Source: Candidatus Omnitrophota bacterium (lineage in GTDB: Bacteria > Omnitrophota > Gorgyraeia > Tantalellales > Tantalellaceae). From it: a stretch of DNA of 64,000 nt. Shown here in pieces: positions 47,289 to 56,941 of this stretch. The stretch lies in the NCBI GenBank assembly GCA_015231405.1, contig JADGBR010000002.1:4642-68641 (forward strand). The letters run 5' to 3'. Position 1 is the first letter of the stretch. Every line of letters starts with the position of its first letter. Below the pieces are notes generated by a model. That model saw only the letters and a list, made by a program, of their open reading frames with translations, had not been told where the DNA came from and did no database searches. Position numbers and translations under genes: made by a program.

Positions 47289-47508
47289 GCACCCACCTTC
47301 TAGCCTTATTATAGGCTTTACCGACCGTATCCTCAAGTACCGGAGAAACGACCCTGAGCAATTCCTTCCCCATTATCCTGTACTGCTTGCCGACTTTAGC
47401 GGCCCTTATTATGCCCTTTTTTATGAGACGCATTGTAGTGCTGGGACTGACTTTAAGCAACTTCTGGACTTCCTGCGTCGTATAGACTTCATTTGACTTT
47501 ATTTCCAT
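47269..47508 (-). CDS. Small excisionase/BldC-like helix-turn-helix DNA-binding protein (HTH_17)
   Basis: YTTQEVQKLLKVSPSTTMRLIKKGIIRAAKVGKQYRI; first gene of the leftward operon. Confidence 0.85.
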   Translation of the reverse strand: MEIKSNEVYTTQEVQKLLKVSPSTTMRLIKKGIIRAAKVGKQYRIMGKELLRVVSPVLEDTVGKAYNKARRWVHDGVDE

Positions 47509-47598
47509 ATCGCATACCCCTCTGGATTAAGATACATTATCTTCATACAGCCATTGCCCGTCAATTACGTAAAATAAATTACCGGTCAACACGTAAAA

Positions 47599-47627
47599 AG
47601 TCTACCCCAAAGGCTAACATATGTCAA
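47599..47627 (-). promoter_or_regulatory. Putative sigma70 promoter of the HTH-neuB operon
   Basis: Minus strand TTGACA (47627-47622), 17-bp spacer, TAGACT (47604-47599). Confidence 0.65.
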
Positions 47628-47700
47628 TACTATTCTTATTCACTCTCTACATATCTATATTAGTCAGTATTAGTCATTGTATGTCATAATTAGTCTTTAG
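47621..47700. promoter_or_regulatory. 10-bp-phased direct-repeat array, putative operator
   Basis: tagtcagtat tagtcattgt atgtcataat tagtctttag at 47661-47700, in phase with atgtca at 47621. Confidence 0.6.
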
Positions 47701-47749
47701 GGTCTGTTTTAGGGGCTGCCGGGTTTTCCTGTAATTCGCGAACGGCATA

Positions 47750-47758
47750 TGCTATAAT
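47750..47758 (+). promoter_or_regulatory. Extended -10 promoter for the B12 radical SAM gene
   Basis: TGcTATAAT about 40 bp upstream of ATG 47798. Confidence 0.55.
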
Positions 47759-47797
47759 CTTGCCGTCATCACCGCTCCTTCACGGCAACGGGATTGT

Positions 47798-49828
47798 ATG
47801 AAATTAAAAATAACTCTGTGCGATCTTTCTCACACGGGCTTCAGAAAAAGCTCCGAAGCTATCCCCCTGGGAATAGGCTACATAGCTTCATATCTGAAAG
47901 AACAGCTGAAAACTTCCCATGACCTGGAAATAAAATTGATCTCTCGGCCTGATGACCTGGAAGATCATTTGGCGACCACTTCTCCCGATATCGTCGGTTT
48001 CAGCAATTTTTTATGGAACACCCGCCTTTCCAGGTATTACGCCGAAAAGGTCAAAGAAATATATCCTTCTTCGCTCATCATTTTCGGAGGGCCCGATTTT
48101 CCTTCCGGCATGGAATTTCGGAAAGAATATTTGCTCGGGGCCAGGGCCGTCGATTTTTATGTTCTAGGCGAAGGCGAATGCGGGACCCTGAACATAGTTT
48201 CGAGATACACCGCTAATAACGGAGATCGTTCCGGGATCATGAGCGCCCCGATAGACGGAGCCGTATTCATTGATAATTGCGGACACCTGGTTGAACCACG
48301 GGAAGAATACCTTTTTGCCGACCTTGGCTCTTTCCCTTCACCGATCTTATCAGGGCTTATGGATAAATTTATCATTGAAGGCTACACCCCGATGATCCAG
48401 TCCGTCAGAGGCTGCCCGTATAAGTGCACATACTGCAATGAAGGCCTCACGGTGCAGGGAAACGTTAGGAGCTATCCCGCGGACAGAGTTCTTGAAGAGC
48501 TGTCATATTTAAAAGATAAAGCAGCCTCCCTCAAAGACCGCGGAAGCAGACATATCATAATCGCCGACGCGAATTTTGGGGTCAATAAAGCGGATACCGG
48601 GATTTGCGAACTGATAAGAAAGGCTAAGGATGAGGATAGCTGGCCGGAGAGCATAGAGTTAACTACCGGCAAAAGCAATAAGGAACTCCTCATTAACAAC
48701 CTTTCCATAATAAGCGACGGACTCCAGCTCACTCTGGCCCTGCAGTCCATGAACGGGCCGACATTAAAAGCGATAGAACGGAAGAACTTTACAGTTGAAG
48801 AGCTCCTCGAAATAATAAAACGCTCTACAGGGAAAGACTTGAGAATAGGTTGTGAGCTTATAGTACCCATGCCGGAGGAGACGTTCAACACCTATCTAAG
48901 CGCTTTGAAATACTGTGTTGATCTCGGCATGAGAGTGTCGACGCATACCCTGGTCATGCTCATGGAGACCGAAATGGCCCAGCCGGAAACGGTCTCAAAA
49001 TATTCCATGACCACAAAATACAGGGTGCTATACCGCGCGATAGGAAGATACGGCGGAAGAACCGTGATCGAGACGGAAAAGATCTGCGTCTCTACGAAAG
49101 ACTACAGTTTTGACGAATATATCGAGACCCGCGTCATAGGATGCGTTAACGGGATCTTCCTGCTCAACGAGATGTTCGCGGAAATACGCGCTTTTCTCGG
49201 CGCTCATGGATTCAGCCTGTACGATTGGCTAATAAATTGTTACAACCACACGAGAAAAAGCGCCGGCGCCCTTCAGTCGGTATTGGAAGATTTCCGGAAT
49301 GAAAGCCGTGATGAGCTCTGGGATAACGAAAACGCTCTTTTCAGACATTTCAGCGATATTGACAACTATAACAGGCTTTTATCGGGCGAGATCGGAAGGA
49401 ACCTGATAACCACGTATCAGGGGATAGTGATATCCATGCACTACCGGGAATCTTTGGAGATCGCTAAACAAAGCATGCTCGACGTCGTGAGCGGGAAAGC
49501 CGAAAAGAATGCCGATCACGCGCTCCAGATAGAAGATCTGGCCAGATATCTCTTCATGCAGAATTCGGGCTGCTTCGAGAAGGACCCCGACGGCAAAAGG
49601 TCCGGCGACTTCTCGTATGACATCGACTGCTGGATAAAAGACAGATTTAAAATGCCGTTATCCTACTACAAAAGCCCGGCAAGATTTACTTTTTCTCATG
49701 ACGAGTACTCCCTCAGGCAGATCAGGTCCTATATACATGAGTACGGCGATAACCCCGAAGGGTACGGGCGTATTCTAGTCCGAATAAATCCCAAGTTCCT
49801 GAAAAGACAAGTGACTAGATCAGTATAG
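47798..49828 (+). CDS. Cobalamin-binding radical SAM protein
   Basis: PLGIGYIASYL, VGFS, FGGP, GEGE (B12-binding domain); RGCPYKCTYC; DANFG, LQS, PEET. Confidence 0.9.
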   Translation: MKLKITLCDLSHTGFRKSSEAIPLGIGYIASYLKEQLKTSHDLEIKLISRPDDLEDHLATTSPDIVGFSNFLWNTRLSRYYAEKVKEIYPSSLIIFGGPDFPSGMEFRKEYLLGARAVDFYVLGEGECGTLNIVSRYTANNGDRSGIMSAPIDGAVFIDNCGHLVEPREEYLFADLGSFPSPILSGLMDKFIIEGYTPMIQSVRGCPYKCTYCNEGLTVQGNVRSYPADRVLEELSYLKDKAASLKDRGSRHIIIADANFGVNKADTGICELIRKAKDEDSWPESIELTTGKSNKELLINNLSIISDGLQLTLALQSMNGPTLKAIERKNFTVEELLEIIKRSTGKDLRIGCELIVPMPEETFNTYLSALKYCVDLGMRVSTHTLVMLMETEMAQPETVSKYSMTTKYRVLYRAIGRYGGRTVIETEKICVSTKDYSFDEYIETRVIGCVNGIFLLNEMFAEIRAFLGAHGFSLYDWLINCYNHTRKSAGALQSVLEDFRNESRDELWDNENALFRHFSDIDNYNRLLSGEIGRNLITTYQGIVISMHYRESLEIAKQSMLDVVSGKAEKNADHALQIEDLARYLFMQNSGCFEKDPDGKRSGDFSYDIDCWIKDRFKMPLSYYKSPARFTFSHDEYSLRQIRSYIHEYGDNPEGYGRILVRINPKFLKRQVTRSV

Positions 49829-51514
49829 GGCTTGGGCCATGTCTTTTCCTGGTTGGCTCCTGAGATCATAGATAAAAATGGAGTATCCGGCCATCGCCGT
49901 CGGATGGTATGAGCGAACCCACCCGGGCTGATCGTAATAATTAACGCTGATCGCGTATACATATTTTCCGGGAGCGATAAATTCACCGGCGCCCATCTTC
50001 AAAGCCTTTATCCCGTAATATGCCGGGTCGGCCATGCCGAAATAATCTAGCTTAACTTCATCGATCCCGTTTTTTTTGAGATATCGCGCCAACTCCGGCA
50101 GGTCCTGCCCCCAGTCGATGTTGGAATCCCTTAGGTATATATATCCTTTCCCGGGCCCGCCTATAAGTTCGTTAAAATAACTGAGATAATGGGGCCATAT
50201 CCATAAGGCGGCTCCTATGTACCATGCCGCCAGTGAATATGTAATATATCTCGCGGCCCTCGGCCTTAAAAGCTCTTCTACTCGCCCGGCGGCAATAAAA
50301 AGTATGGGATAAACCGGCAGTATATATCTTATCCCCAGCTGTAAACTGCTGAGTGAAGCAGCCGCGAAAAGAACGAACCCGGAAACACTAAGGACGGCGT
50401 ACGACGACCTGTTATCTTTCCTCAAACATAGCGCGATACCGGCAATAATAAATATGATAGAGGCGATCGGCGTCTTTATCAGGAATGCCGTAACGAAATA
50501 TAAAATATTCCCGTGAGGACGATACGTTCCTAGAAGATAAGTCCCGTGGCCTAATTGGCCATGTCTCATGACACCCAGTATACCGAGTATGTGCTCACCG
50601 AACGGCAACGGCACCTTGACGAACAGGTCTAAGAGGAGCCCGCCTGTCCTCTGACCCGTCAAATGATCAAGCTTTGCGGATATATCGCCGATGATCTCCA
50701 GTTTTTCCTGGACACGCATCGCGTCTTCCAGTATCGGCCTCGAGCTAAAACCGTATCCCGCCCAAATAACGATCAAAGAGATCAAAATAATTAGCAATAA
50801 ATGCCCCGCCAGTTTTCTTTTCCCGACAGCCTGACCGGAAGGACGCGGGTAAATAAAAACAAAAAAGAGATAAAGCGGGTAAAGAACAACAGCTGTATAT
50901 TTTGAGAGCTGGGCCAATCCCAGCGTAAACCCGGCGAGCATGGCGCTTTCAAGCGAGATATTCCCCAGATATTTCCACAAGGTGTAAAGGGCCAGCAGGA
51001 TAAAACAGGCGGCGGTCATGTCTGTAGTGGCCAGCGATGAATGAGCGATCACTTCGGGCGAAAAACAATACAGAAAAAGCGAAAAGAGCGCCGCCTTGTC
51101 CCCCGCCAGTTCTCTTGCCCACGTAAAAAGTATCACTCCCGAGAAAAGCCCGACGAAAACAACGGCAAGTCTGCTTAAGAACAGGATCCTGTCCGGGCCT
51201 GTTTTGATATTGTATTTGTAAAAGAATTCCCTGCCGAATTCTCCCCTGTCCTCCCTGCGCCATTCAGCTTTATCGGCGGGAAGAACAGGGTTTAGAAAGA
51301 TGTTCGGCAGCAGCGCGGCTATGTACCTTGAAAGAGGCGGGTGTGAAGTGTCCATTTTGAGGTCGAATTTATCTAACAGCACCGTCCCCACGGGTATATG
51401 GTGGGCTATCTCGTCGCATGTCCCGGATTGGCGCCCGGGGAGTATACTTGTCAGCGCCAATAGAAAAAAAACCGAGAGCATGATAGCGGCCGATATGCGT
51501 GTTCTTCTTTTCAT
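49820..51514 (-). CDS. GT-C membrane glycosyltransferase (ArnT/PMT-like)
   Basis: TCDE after TM1, HPPL, LATTD, KYT, GIRY, YFNE, DSNIDWGQDL. Confidence 0.85.
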   Translation of the reverse strand: MKRRTRISAAIMLSVFFLLALTSILPGRQSGTCDEIAHHIPVGTVLLDKFDLKMDTSHPPLSRYIAALLPNIFLNPVLPADKAEWRREDRGEFGREFFYKYNIKTGPDRILFLSRLAVVFVGLFSGVILFTWARELAGDKAALFSLFLYCFSPEVIAHSSLATTDMTAACFILLALYTLWKYLGNISLESAMLAGFTLGLAQLSKYTAVVLYPLYLFFVFIYPRPSGQAVGKRKLAGHLLLIILISLIVIWAGYGFSSRPILEDAMRVQEKLEIIGDISAKLDHLTGQRTGGLLLDLFVKVPLPFGEHILGILGVMRHGQLGHGTYLLGTYRPHGNILYFVTAFLIKTPIASIIFIIAGIALCLRKDNRSSYAVLSVSGFVLFAAASLSSLQLGIRYILPVYPILFIAAGRVEELLRPRAARYITYSLAAWYIGAALWIWPHYLSYFNELIGGPGKGYIYLRDSNIDWGQDLPELARYLKKNGIDEVKLDYFGMADPAYYGIKALKMGAGEFIAPGKYVYAISVNYYDQPGWVRSYHPTAMAGYSIFIYDLRSQPGKDMAQALY

Positions 51515-51530
51515 GATATATTCGGCACCG

Positions 51531-53237
51531 TTAGAGTTCCAGTTTATATATCGTAATGCACGGGCCTGTCATTTTTCTCGAAAAGAGCTCGCGGGCGCTC
51601 ACCGCCATAAAAGTCGCGTCGGCCATGTCATATGGCGCCCTGTTGCGGCCGTCGTTATATGGGCTGAACGTCTTGACCGGAACCGCCTTTCCACTGAGAG
51701 AGGCCATGAGATTATCCTTCGAAACGCCCACTGTCTGGAGATTTATCACGACGTATTCTATACCGGACCGTTTCAATTCACTGACGTCATAAGCTATCGT
51801 AGGCATGGTAGATAGGAACTGTCCTCCGGTCTTCCCTTCGGGGATGAAGAAATACACATTGTAAGTTCGTTTATTCTCCGCGCTTTTCAGCATATACCCG
51901 AGTTTTTTCTTTTTGGCGGCCCCAAGGCCGAACTGCCTGTCTGTTATAGCGGATTTATCTTCGAGCTGTTCTTTTGTCTGGTATATTTGCGGCCGAAAAG
52001 ATGTATTATCCACCGCTATCCGTGTCCCTTCCGGAATATTTTCCTCGATCCATTTGGCGGATACCACCCTTGTATCAGGCCCGGAAAATAAAATATCGGC
52101 TTTTACGGACATGACGGCGGTGGGAACCAGCGCGGCCAAAGCGAGCGCTATAACTAAAAACCGTCCGGGCCCATTCTCTCCTCTCCTTCCGGGAAAAACA
52201 AAAAGCAAATACGCCGCCGCCATAGCGAAAAAGGGCAAAAGCGGCAATCCATAACGAGCATACCTCTGGCTCGCGAAGACCAGATGTACATAGAACATGA
52301 CCGGGAACGAAAGGAACAGAAGGGAGGTCCTGAAATTCGTCCTGAACAATATAGCGGCAAACCCGGTCAGTCCCAAAACCACCGGCAGTATCCCTATCCC
52401 TTCAACCATGGAATACCTAAGGTGATAATCCCACCCCATGCGGCCATGCCTTATTCCTCCGAAAACCGTACGCAGAAAATGCTCGCGATCTAACACCGAA
52501 AAAGGGTTAACGCCTATGAACACGACAGTAAATACCGCGGCCGCGGCCAGGAACATTAACCACAAATGTCCGTTTTTTCGGCCTCTTCGCCCCAGTAACA
52601 CGGCGCAATGAGCCCAAGCTAATGACACCGCTAAAACAGCCGCATTATATTTCGTTCCGACAGCTAATCCGATAAATACCCCGGAAAGAACGTAATTTAC
52701 GGGACAAGGGCTCTTTACCAGGCGATACAGGTACAAAACGGCTAGGAGAACGAACATTACCATCAGATTATCCGTATACCCGTAATGCGCGTTAACAACC
52801 CCGATGAAAGAGACAGACGTAAAAAAGGAAGCGAATATGGCCCCTATTTCTGACCCGAAAAAGTCCTTAAAGAGCCTATAGACAAGGAATATCCCCATTA
52901 CCGCGGGAAGAATTCCAAGAAAGACCCTGGCTATGATAAAGAACGCCGTCGGATCGTTCACATAGAGATACGCGAAATCGTCGATTCCATGAAAAAGTCC
53001 GGTAACCATGCCGACCACATAAAAAAAACCATACAGGATAAAAAGGATATACGAACACAACGGCGGAATTATGAAAAAATGCGGGTTCAGGTCGCCGGTG
53101 CCATAAGCCAGCGCGTGATTTATGACTATCGGCTCATCCTGGTGCAGGATATGCGGAAGGCCGAAATCCAAACCGATCGCCCGAAACATCGCTCCGGACA
53201 AAAGGATAAGGAACAGCGGCAAAAAACTTCTTGGCAT
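51531..53237 (-). CDS. GT-C membrane glycosyltransferase (ArnT/PMT-like)
   Basis: FGLP..HQDE, NPHFF, TKYN, NPF, RYGLP, DTR; start set at ATG 53237. Confidence 0.85.
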   Translation of the reverse strand: MPRSFLPLFLILLSGAMFRAIGLDFGLPHILHQDEPIVINHALAYGTGDLNPHFFIIPPLCSYILFILYGFFYVVGMVTGLFHGIDDFAYLYVNDPTAFFIIARVFLGILPAVMGIFLVYRLFKDFFGSEIGAIFASFFTSVSFIGVVNAHYGYTDNLMVMFVLLAVLYLYRLVKSPCPVNYVLSGVFIGLAVGTKYNAAVLAVSLAWAHCAVLLGRRGRKNGHLWLMFLAAAAVFTVVFIGVNPFSVLDREHFLRTVFGGIRHGRMGWDYHLRYSMVEGIGILPVVLGLTGFAAILFRTNFRTSLLFLSFPVMFYVHLVFASQRYARYGLPLLPFFAMAAAYLLFVFPGRRGENGPGRFLVIALALAALVPTAVMSVKADILFSGPDTRVVSAKWIEENIPEGTRIAVDNTSFRPQIYQTKEQLEDKSAITDRQFGLGAAKKKKLGYMLKSAENKRTYNVYFFIPEGKTGGQFLSTMPTIAYDVSELKRSGIEYVVINLQTVGVSKDNLMASLSGKAVPVKTFSPYNDGRNRAPYDMADATFMAVSARELFSRKMTGPCITIYKLEL

Positions 53238-53244
53238 AGATCTC

Positions 53245-54000
53245 TCATTCCTTTTTAAGAATGAACGCGGCGGCGGGGACGAGTATTTCCCGCAAAACTG
53301 GTATCTTTGTGAGGAAATGCAACCTGAAATGCGTATCAAGAGTATCCTTTATCTCGAACCCGCTCTTTTTAAGCATATTCCTGGCCCTCCGGAAAGTTAT
53401 CGGGAACAATCTTTTCTCGGCAAATGAGTTACCTTTCACCTTCTTCCTGAAAAAGAATTCCCTTAGCCTCTTGGCTACAGGGAACGGAAGAGTATGAAAA
53501 GGTTTCAAGCCATGTCCGGCAAAAGGGTTATACCATGGAGGTATCATTATATAAGCGTACCCGCCCTTCCTCAGAACGCGGTATATCTCATCGATCGTAA
53601 GCTGCTGCCTGTCACGCGGAATATGCTCAAGAACACCTCTGGACATTGCCAGATCGAACTGCCCGTCACGGAAAGGGATCCTGTCCCCTACCGCCGTGAC
53701 CGTATCGGGCCATACGGATTCGCCGGGAACAGGATCGAGGTTGACCACCTTACATCCCCTTTTTTCATTGATCATCCTGGAAAACTCACCTCGCGCTCCG
53801 CCTACATCCAGCACCGTCATTTTATCGGTAAGCTTCAGGAAACCTTCGACCTCGGAAATGAATATCCCCGCGAAATACTCCCTCATCAACCTGTAATTGT
53901 CTCCCCTGAACCGGTTGAAAGCGAAATGAACAAGATTGTAATAGTGGCTAAGTATGTTCACTGAGGTTATTTCGCTATTTTTTCGAGGCCGCGGCCTCAT
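53245..54000 (-). CDS. Class I SAM-dependent methyltransferase
   Basis: VLDVGGARG, FD, GVLEH, RVLRKGG, PPW..PFAGH; start uncertain. Confidence 0.85.
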   Translation of the reverse strand: MRPRPRKNSEITSVNILSHYYNLVHFAFNRFRGDNYRLMREYFAGIFISEVEGFLKLTDKMTVLDVGGARGEFSRMINEKRGCKVVNLDPVPGESVWPDTVTAVGDRIPFRDGQFDLAMSRGVLEHIPRDRQQLTIDEIYRVLRKGGYAYIMIPPWYNPFAGHGLKPFHTLPFPVAKRLREFFFRKKVKGNSFAEKRLFPITFRRARNMLKKSGFEIKDTLDTHFRLHFLTKIPVLREILVPAAAFILKKE

Positions 54001-54271
54001 CCTCGGCTATCTTCGTGTATTTCTCCGGTTCAGCATTGAATTTATTGATACACCCCGGGCAGCAAAGCCCGTAACTCTTCCCGTTATATTCAACTGTCTC
54101 GGGCGTCATCCCCGACGCGATGTCGATCTTTTCACCCGATACCGGACAGACCTTATTCCCGACGGGAACTGATTTTACGACCCCGGCCCCGGTTTTTTCC
54201 GCGGCGCAACCAGTGAGCGGAACACTCGCGAGCACGACCATGATTCCCAGAACAAACGTCGCTAACTTCAT
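53975..54271 (-). CDS. YHS/TRASH-domain lipoprotein
   Basis: Signal peptide with LTGC lipobox; CPVSG...YNGKSYGLCCPGC..KF...PEKY; GGAGG RBS. Confidence 0.85.
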   Translation of the reverse strand: MKLATFVLGIMVVLASVPLTGCAAEKTGAGVVKSVPVGNKVCPVSGEKIDIASGMTPETVEYNGKSYGLCCPGCINKFNAEPEKYTKIAEDEAAASKK

Positions 54272-54328
54272 AAGCCCTCCTTTTCGCCGGCAATGTGCTA
54301 TTCTTTATTTACAATACTTTTCCGTACC

Positions 54329-54337
54329 ATTATACCA
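54329..54337 (-). promoter_or_regulatory. Putative extended -10 promoter upstream of the YHS gene
   Basis: Minus strand TGgTATAAT. Confidence 0.45.
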
Positions 54338-54412
54338 CATCCAGCGGCTAAATCTATTGCCAGCGAGTGATGTTTGTCTCTCCGGTAGATGGCACCCGAA
54401 AGCATAGCGGTT

Positions 54413-54592
54413 TCATTTTTTGAATATCCCGAAAACGGTCATCAGTAACCCTGCTATCACCGTAAGCCTGGCAAGCTCGCGTATAAGCCCGCCAAAATGC
54501 AAAGAGACAAGAACAGCGTTAACGATGAACCCGCCGGCAAAGAGAATAAGCCCGGTCCTTAACAATTTCTTCCTACCTAGTATATTCGTCAT
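54413..54592 (-). CDS. Small two-TM membrane protein, 59 aa (below the ORF-track cut-off)
   Basis: AAGGAG RBS, then MTNILGRKKLLRTGLILFAGGFIVNAVLVSLHFGGLIRELARLTVIAGLLMTVFGIFKK-stop. Confidence 0.7.
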   Translation of the reverse strand: MTNILGRKKLLRTGLILFAGGFIVNAVLVSLHFGGLIRELARLTVIAGLLMTVFGIFKK

Positions 54593-54646
54593 TCAACTCC
54601 TTAGTACTTTACCGCAACCGGTCTTTATTAAGTGCAACCCATTGCC

Positions 54647-56941
54647 CTATCGTCTGATCAGGAACACGATACAAGCGAAGAAGATCAAAACGGAAATGAT
54701 CATGAGGATTTTGATAAGAACCGGGTCGAACTTGAATATCACCCTGTGTTCGCCAGGGGATAGCCTGATGGACTGCAGGATATCCTGGTCCTTCTCGATC
54801 TTCACTTTTTTGCCGTCGACAAAAGCGACCCAGCCAGGATAACATTTCTCGGCGAAGATCAATTTACCCTCTACCCCTGATGAGACCGTGGCTTCAACAC
54901 GACCGGAATCGTATCCGGTAATAACCGAGCGATCGTTGCCTTTAATACCCTGCAGGTCCAAAGGCTCGAACCTGATACGCGGAAGGAACGTATCCAAGAT
55001 ATAAAGGTGCAGTCCGTTCTCATTGGCAACCTCTTTCAGGAATGCTTCGTCAAGGTTTACGGAAGATAACACATATTTGACGTTCAATTCGCCGAGTAAC
55101 TCCCTATAAATTTCAAGCGCCTTAACAATAGGTGGTACGGTTCCTATAGAATCGTCGACTATCCCAAGGTCTCGCATTTTGAGATAATAGTCGCGGTTCA
55201 TTAAAGGCGTGTATATGCCTATGCTATCTATCCCCCAAGCCGTGTTAGTATTGAAATATATCCATTCGGGAAGTTCCTTCTGAGGACCGAAAGTCGCGAT
55301 ACGGTACAGCGACTGGTCGGCTTTAAGTAGATCGTATATCTTCTCTTCGCGCGGAGCGAGAGAGTCATACGGAGCGAGGTTTTTGAAAGGACCCTGGAAA
55401 GAGGACCAGGCGGCCACGAGGTCGATGATGACAAGGGTCGCAAAACAATTCACGAGGAACTTCTTCCGGGAGGACTCCCTTTGAAGAACATATACAAGGA
55501 TAGACGCCGTCGCCACACTAATAAGCGAGTACAAGATATCCGGCGAAGCGAGGGATAGCGCCCGTACCGTTTCGTTCATCAAGAGGTCAAGCTTGGCCAT
55601 GTAGTGGTCAAGGCTATACCGGTGGAACTCTTTCCCGTATATCCCGGTCTCTACATATTTTTGCAGCGTCTCTCTTATCTCAGGCATAAAGAATTTAAAA
55701 GCCACCTTCAACGAGGCAAAAACGGACAGACTTATCCCGGTGATCAGAAAGAATGCCATACTCGCCTTTTTTATACCGTCGTTCCGGCGCTCCTCGAAAA
55801 GATACCCGAACCCTTTACCCGCCGCCGCGGCCAGAAAGAAAGAGACGAAATACATCAACCTGGCCGGTGCCCTGAAAGAATAGAGCTCAACCGCTTTGAG
55901 CAGAAACACATACAGCGGATTGTATTTCCCCAGAGCGAAAAACAGGGCCGCTATAACGGTACCAAGAAAAACTCTTTTCCGGACATCGTTTTCACGCGAA
56001 AAAAAATAAACCAGGGCTAAAAAAAGTCCCGACATTCCCATGTAAACCGAATTACTCTTTACGAAGATCCCCCCCAGCGAAGGGAGAACGAGAGCTATTG
56101 CGGCGAGCGGAGAGAATGAGTTCCAGAGGGCGAAATCTAAAGTTCGGGAAGCCCTCATCGAAAGCCCTGCAAGTTCAGCTGTAGCTGCAAGCTGGGGGGC
56201 CGATATCGATACGGCGACCGCCGCGCTTATAATTATCCCGCCGGCCGTCCTTATCGCGTTCCCCGGTCCAAAAGGATACCTTCTGGCGAAGAAATAAAGC
56301 ATCCCGAAGAGGACGCTGTATGCCGTCATCTGAAAAGATCCGGCTAGAAGCTGGATCCCCCAGACAAACCCAAGAGCGGCGTAAATCTTCGTGCCGGGCT
56401 TTTCCCGACCGGCGCATCTCTCGGCGATCATAAGGGTCAAAGGAAAATACGCCAATGACTGGAGATTGGCGATATTGATGAACGCGCCGGCGTATGTACT
56501 CCCGAGACAGAGGATGAGTGCCGCAATGGCCGAGCCGTACCTGGCCGCGCCTATCGTCCTCATGTAGAAGAACATGGCCGCACCGGCGCCGAGCAAATGA
56601 AAGAGAAATGAATAGTTATACGCCGCTTTGAAAGGCAAAAGAAAATATAAAACAAGATTCAGAGGGTACAACGGCCCTATCTGCCCTTCGGCGAAAAGCG
56701 GGAACCCGCATTGAACGTACCTGGTCCAGAACGGGAGCGTGAAATGTTTTACGCTCTCCGAATAGACCATGAGCCACGGATAGAACTGAGAAAGATAATC
56801 GCCTTTAAGTAGCGCGGACTTGAGCGTAACTACGGGCCAGAAAAGAACAAGGATCATGACCGAAACCGCCGATAACGCAATTAGATCCCTTATTTCTATC
56901 CGTGGAGGTCTCATCTTAATTCCCGGTATCAACCGTACCAC
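54647..56941 (-). CDS. YfhO-family membrane protein (GT-C-like)
   Basis: D..SQFYPW, P.W...CGFPLFAE, LYP, FRAPAR, YPGW.A.VDG, G.H.V.F.F.P. Confidence 0.85.
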   Translation of the reverse strand: MVRLIPGIKMRPPRIEIRDLIALSAVSVMILVLFWPVVTLKSALLKGDYLSQFYPWLMVYSESVKHFTLPFWTRYVQCGFPLFAEGQIGPLYPLNLVLYFLLPFKAAYNYSFLFHLLGAGAAMFFYMRTIGAARYGSAIAALILCLGSTYAGAFINIANLQSLAYFPLTLMIAERCAGREKPGTKIYAALGFVWGIQLLAGSFQMTAYSVLFGMLYFFARRYPFGPGNAIRTAGGIIISAAVAVSISAPQLAATAELAGLSMRASRTLDFALWNSFSPLAAIALVLPSLGGIFVKSNSVYMGMSGLFLALVYFFSRENDVRKRVFLGTVIAALFFALGKYNPLYVFLLKAVELYSFRAPARLMYFVSFFLAAAAGKGFGYLFEERRNDGIKKASMAFFLITGISLSVFASLKVAFKFFMPEIRETLQKYVETGIYGKEFHRYSLDHYMAKLDLLMNETVRALSLASPDILYSLISVATASILVYVLQRESSRKKFLVNCFATLVIIDLVAAWSSFQGPFKNLAPYDSLAPREEKIYDLLKADQSLYRIATFGPQKELPEWIYFNTNTAWGIDSIGIYTPLMNRDYYLKMRDLGIVDDSIGTVPPIVKALEIYRELLGELNVKYVLSSVNLDEAFLKEVANENGLHLYILDTFLPRIRFEPLDLQGIKGNDRSVITGYDSGRVEATVSSGVEGKLIFAEKCYPGWVAFVDGKKVKIEKDQDILQSIRLSPGEHRVIFKFDPVLIKILMIISVLIFFACIVFLIRR

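Noticed and set aside
47269-47508. Excisionase of a prophage or integrative element
   Set aside because: No integrase, att-like repeat or phage gene; it overlaps neuB and looks like the operon's first gene.
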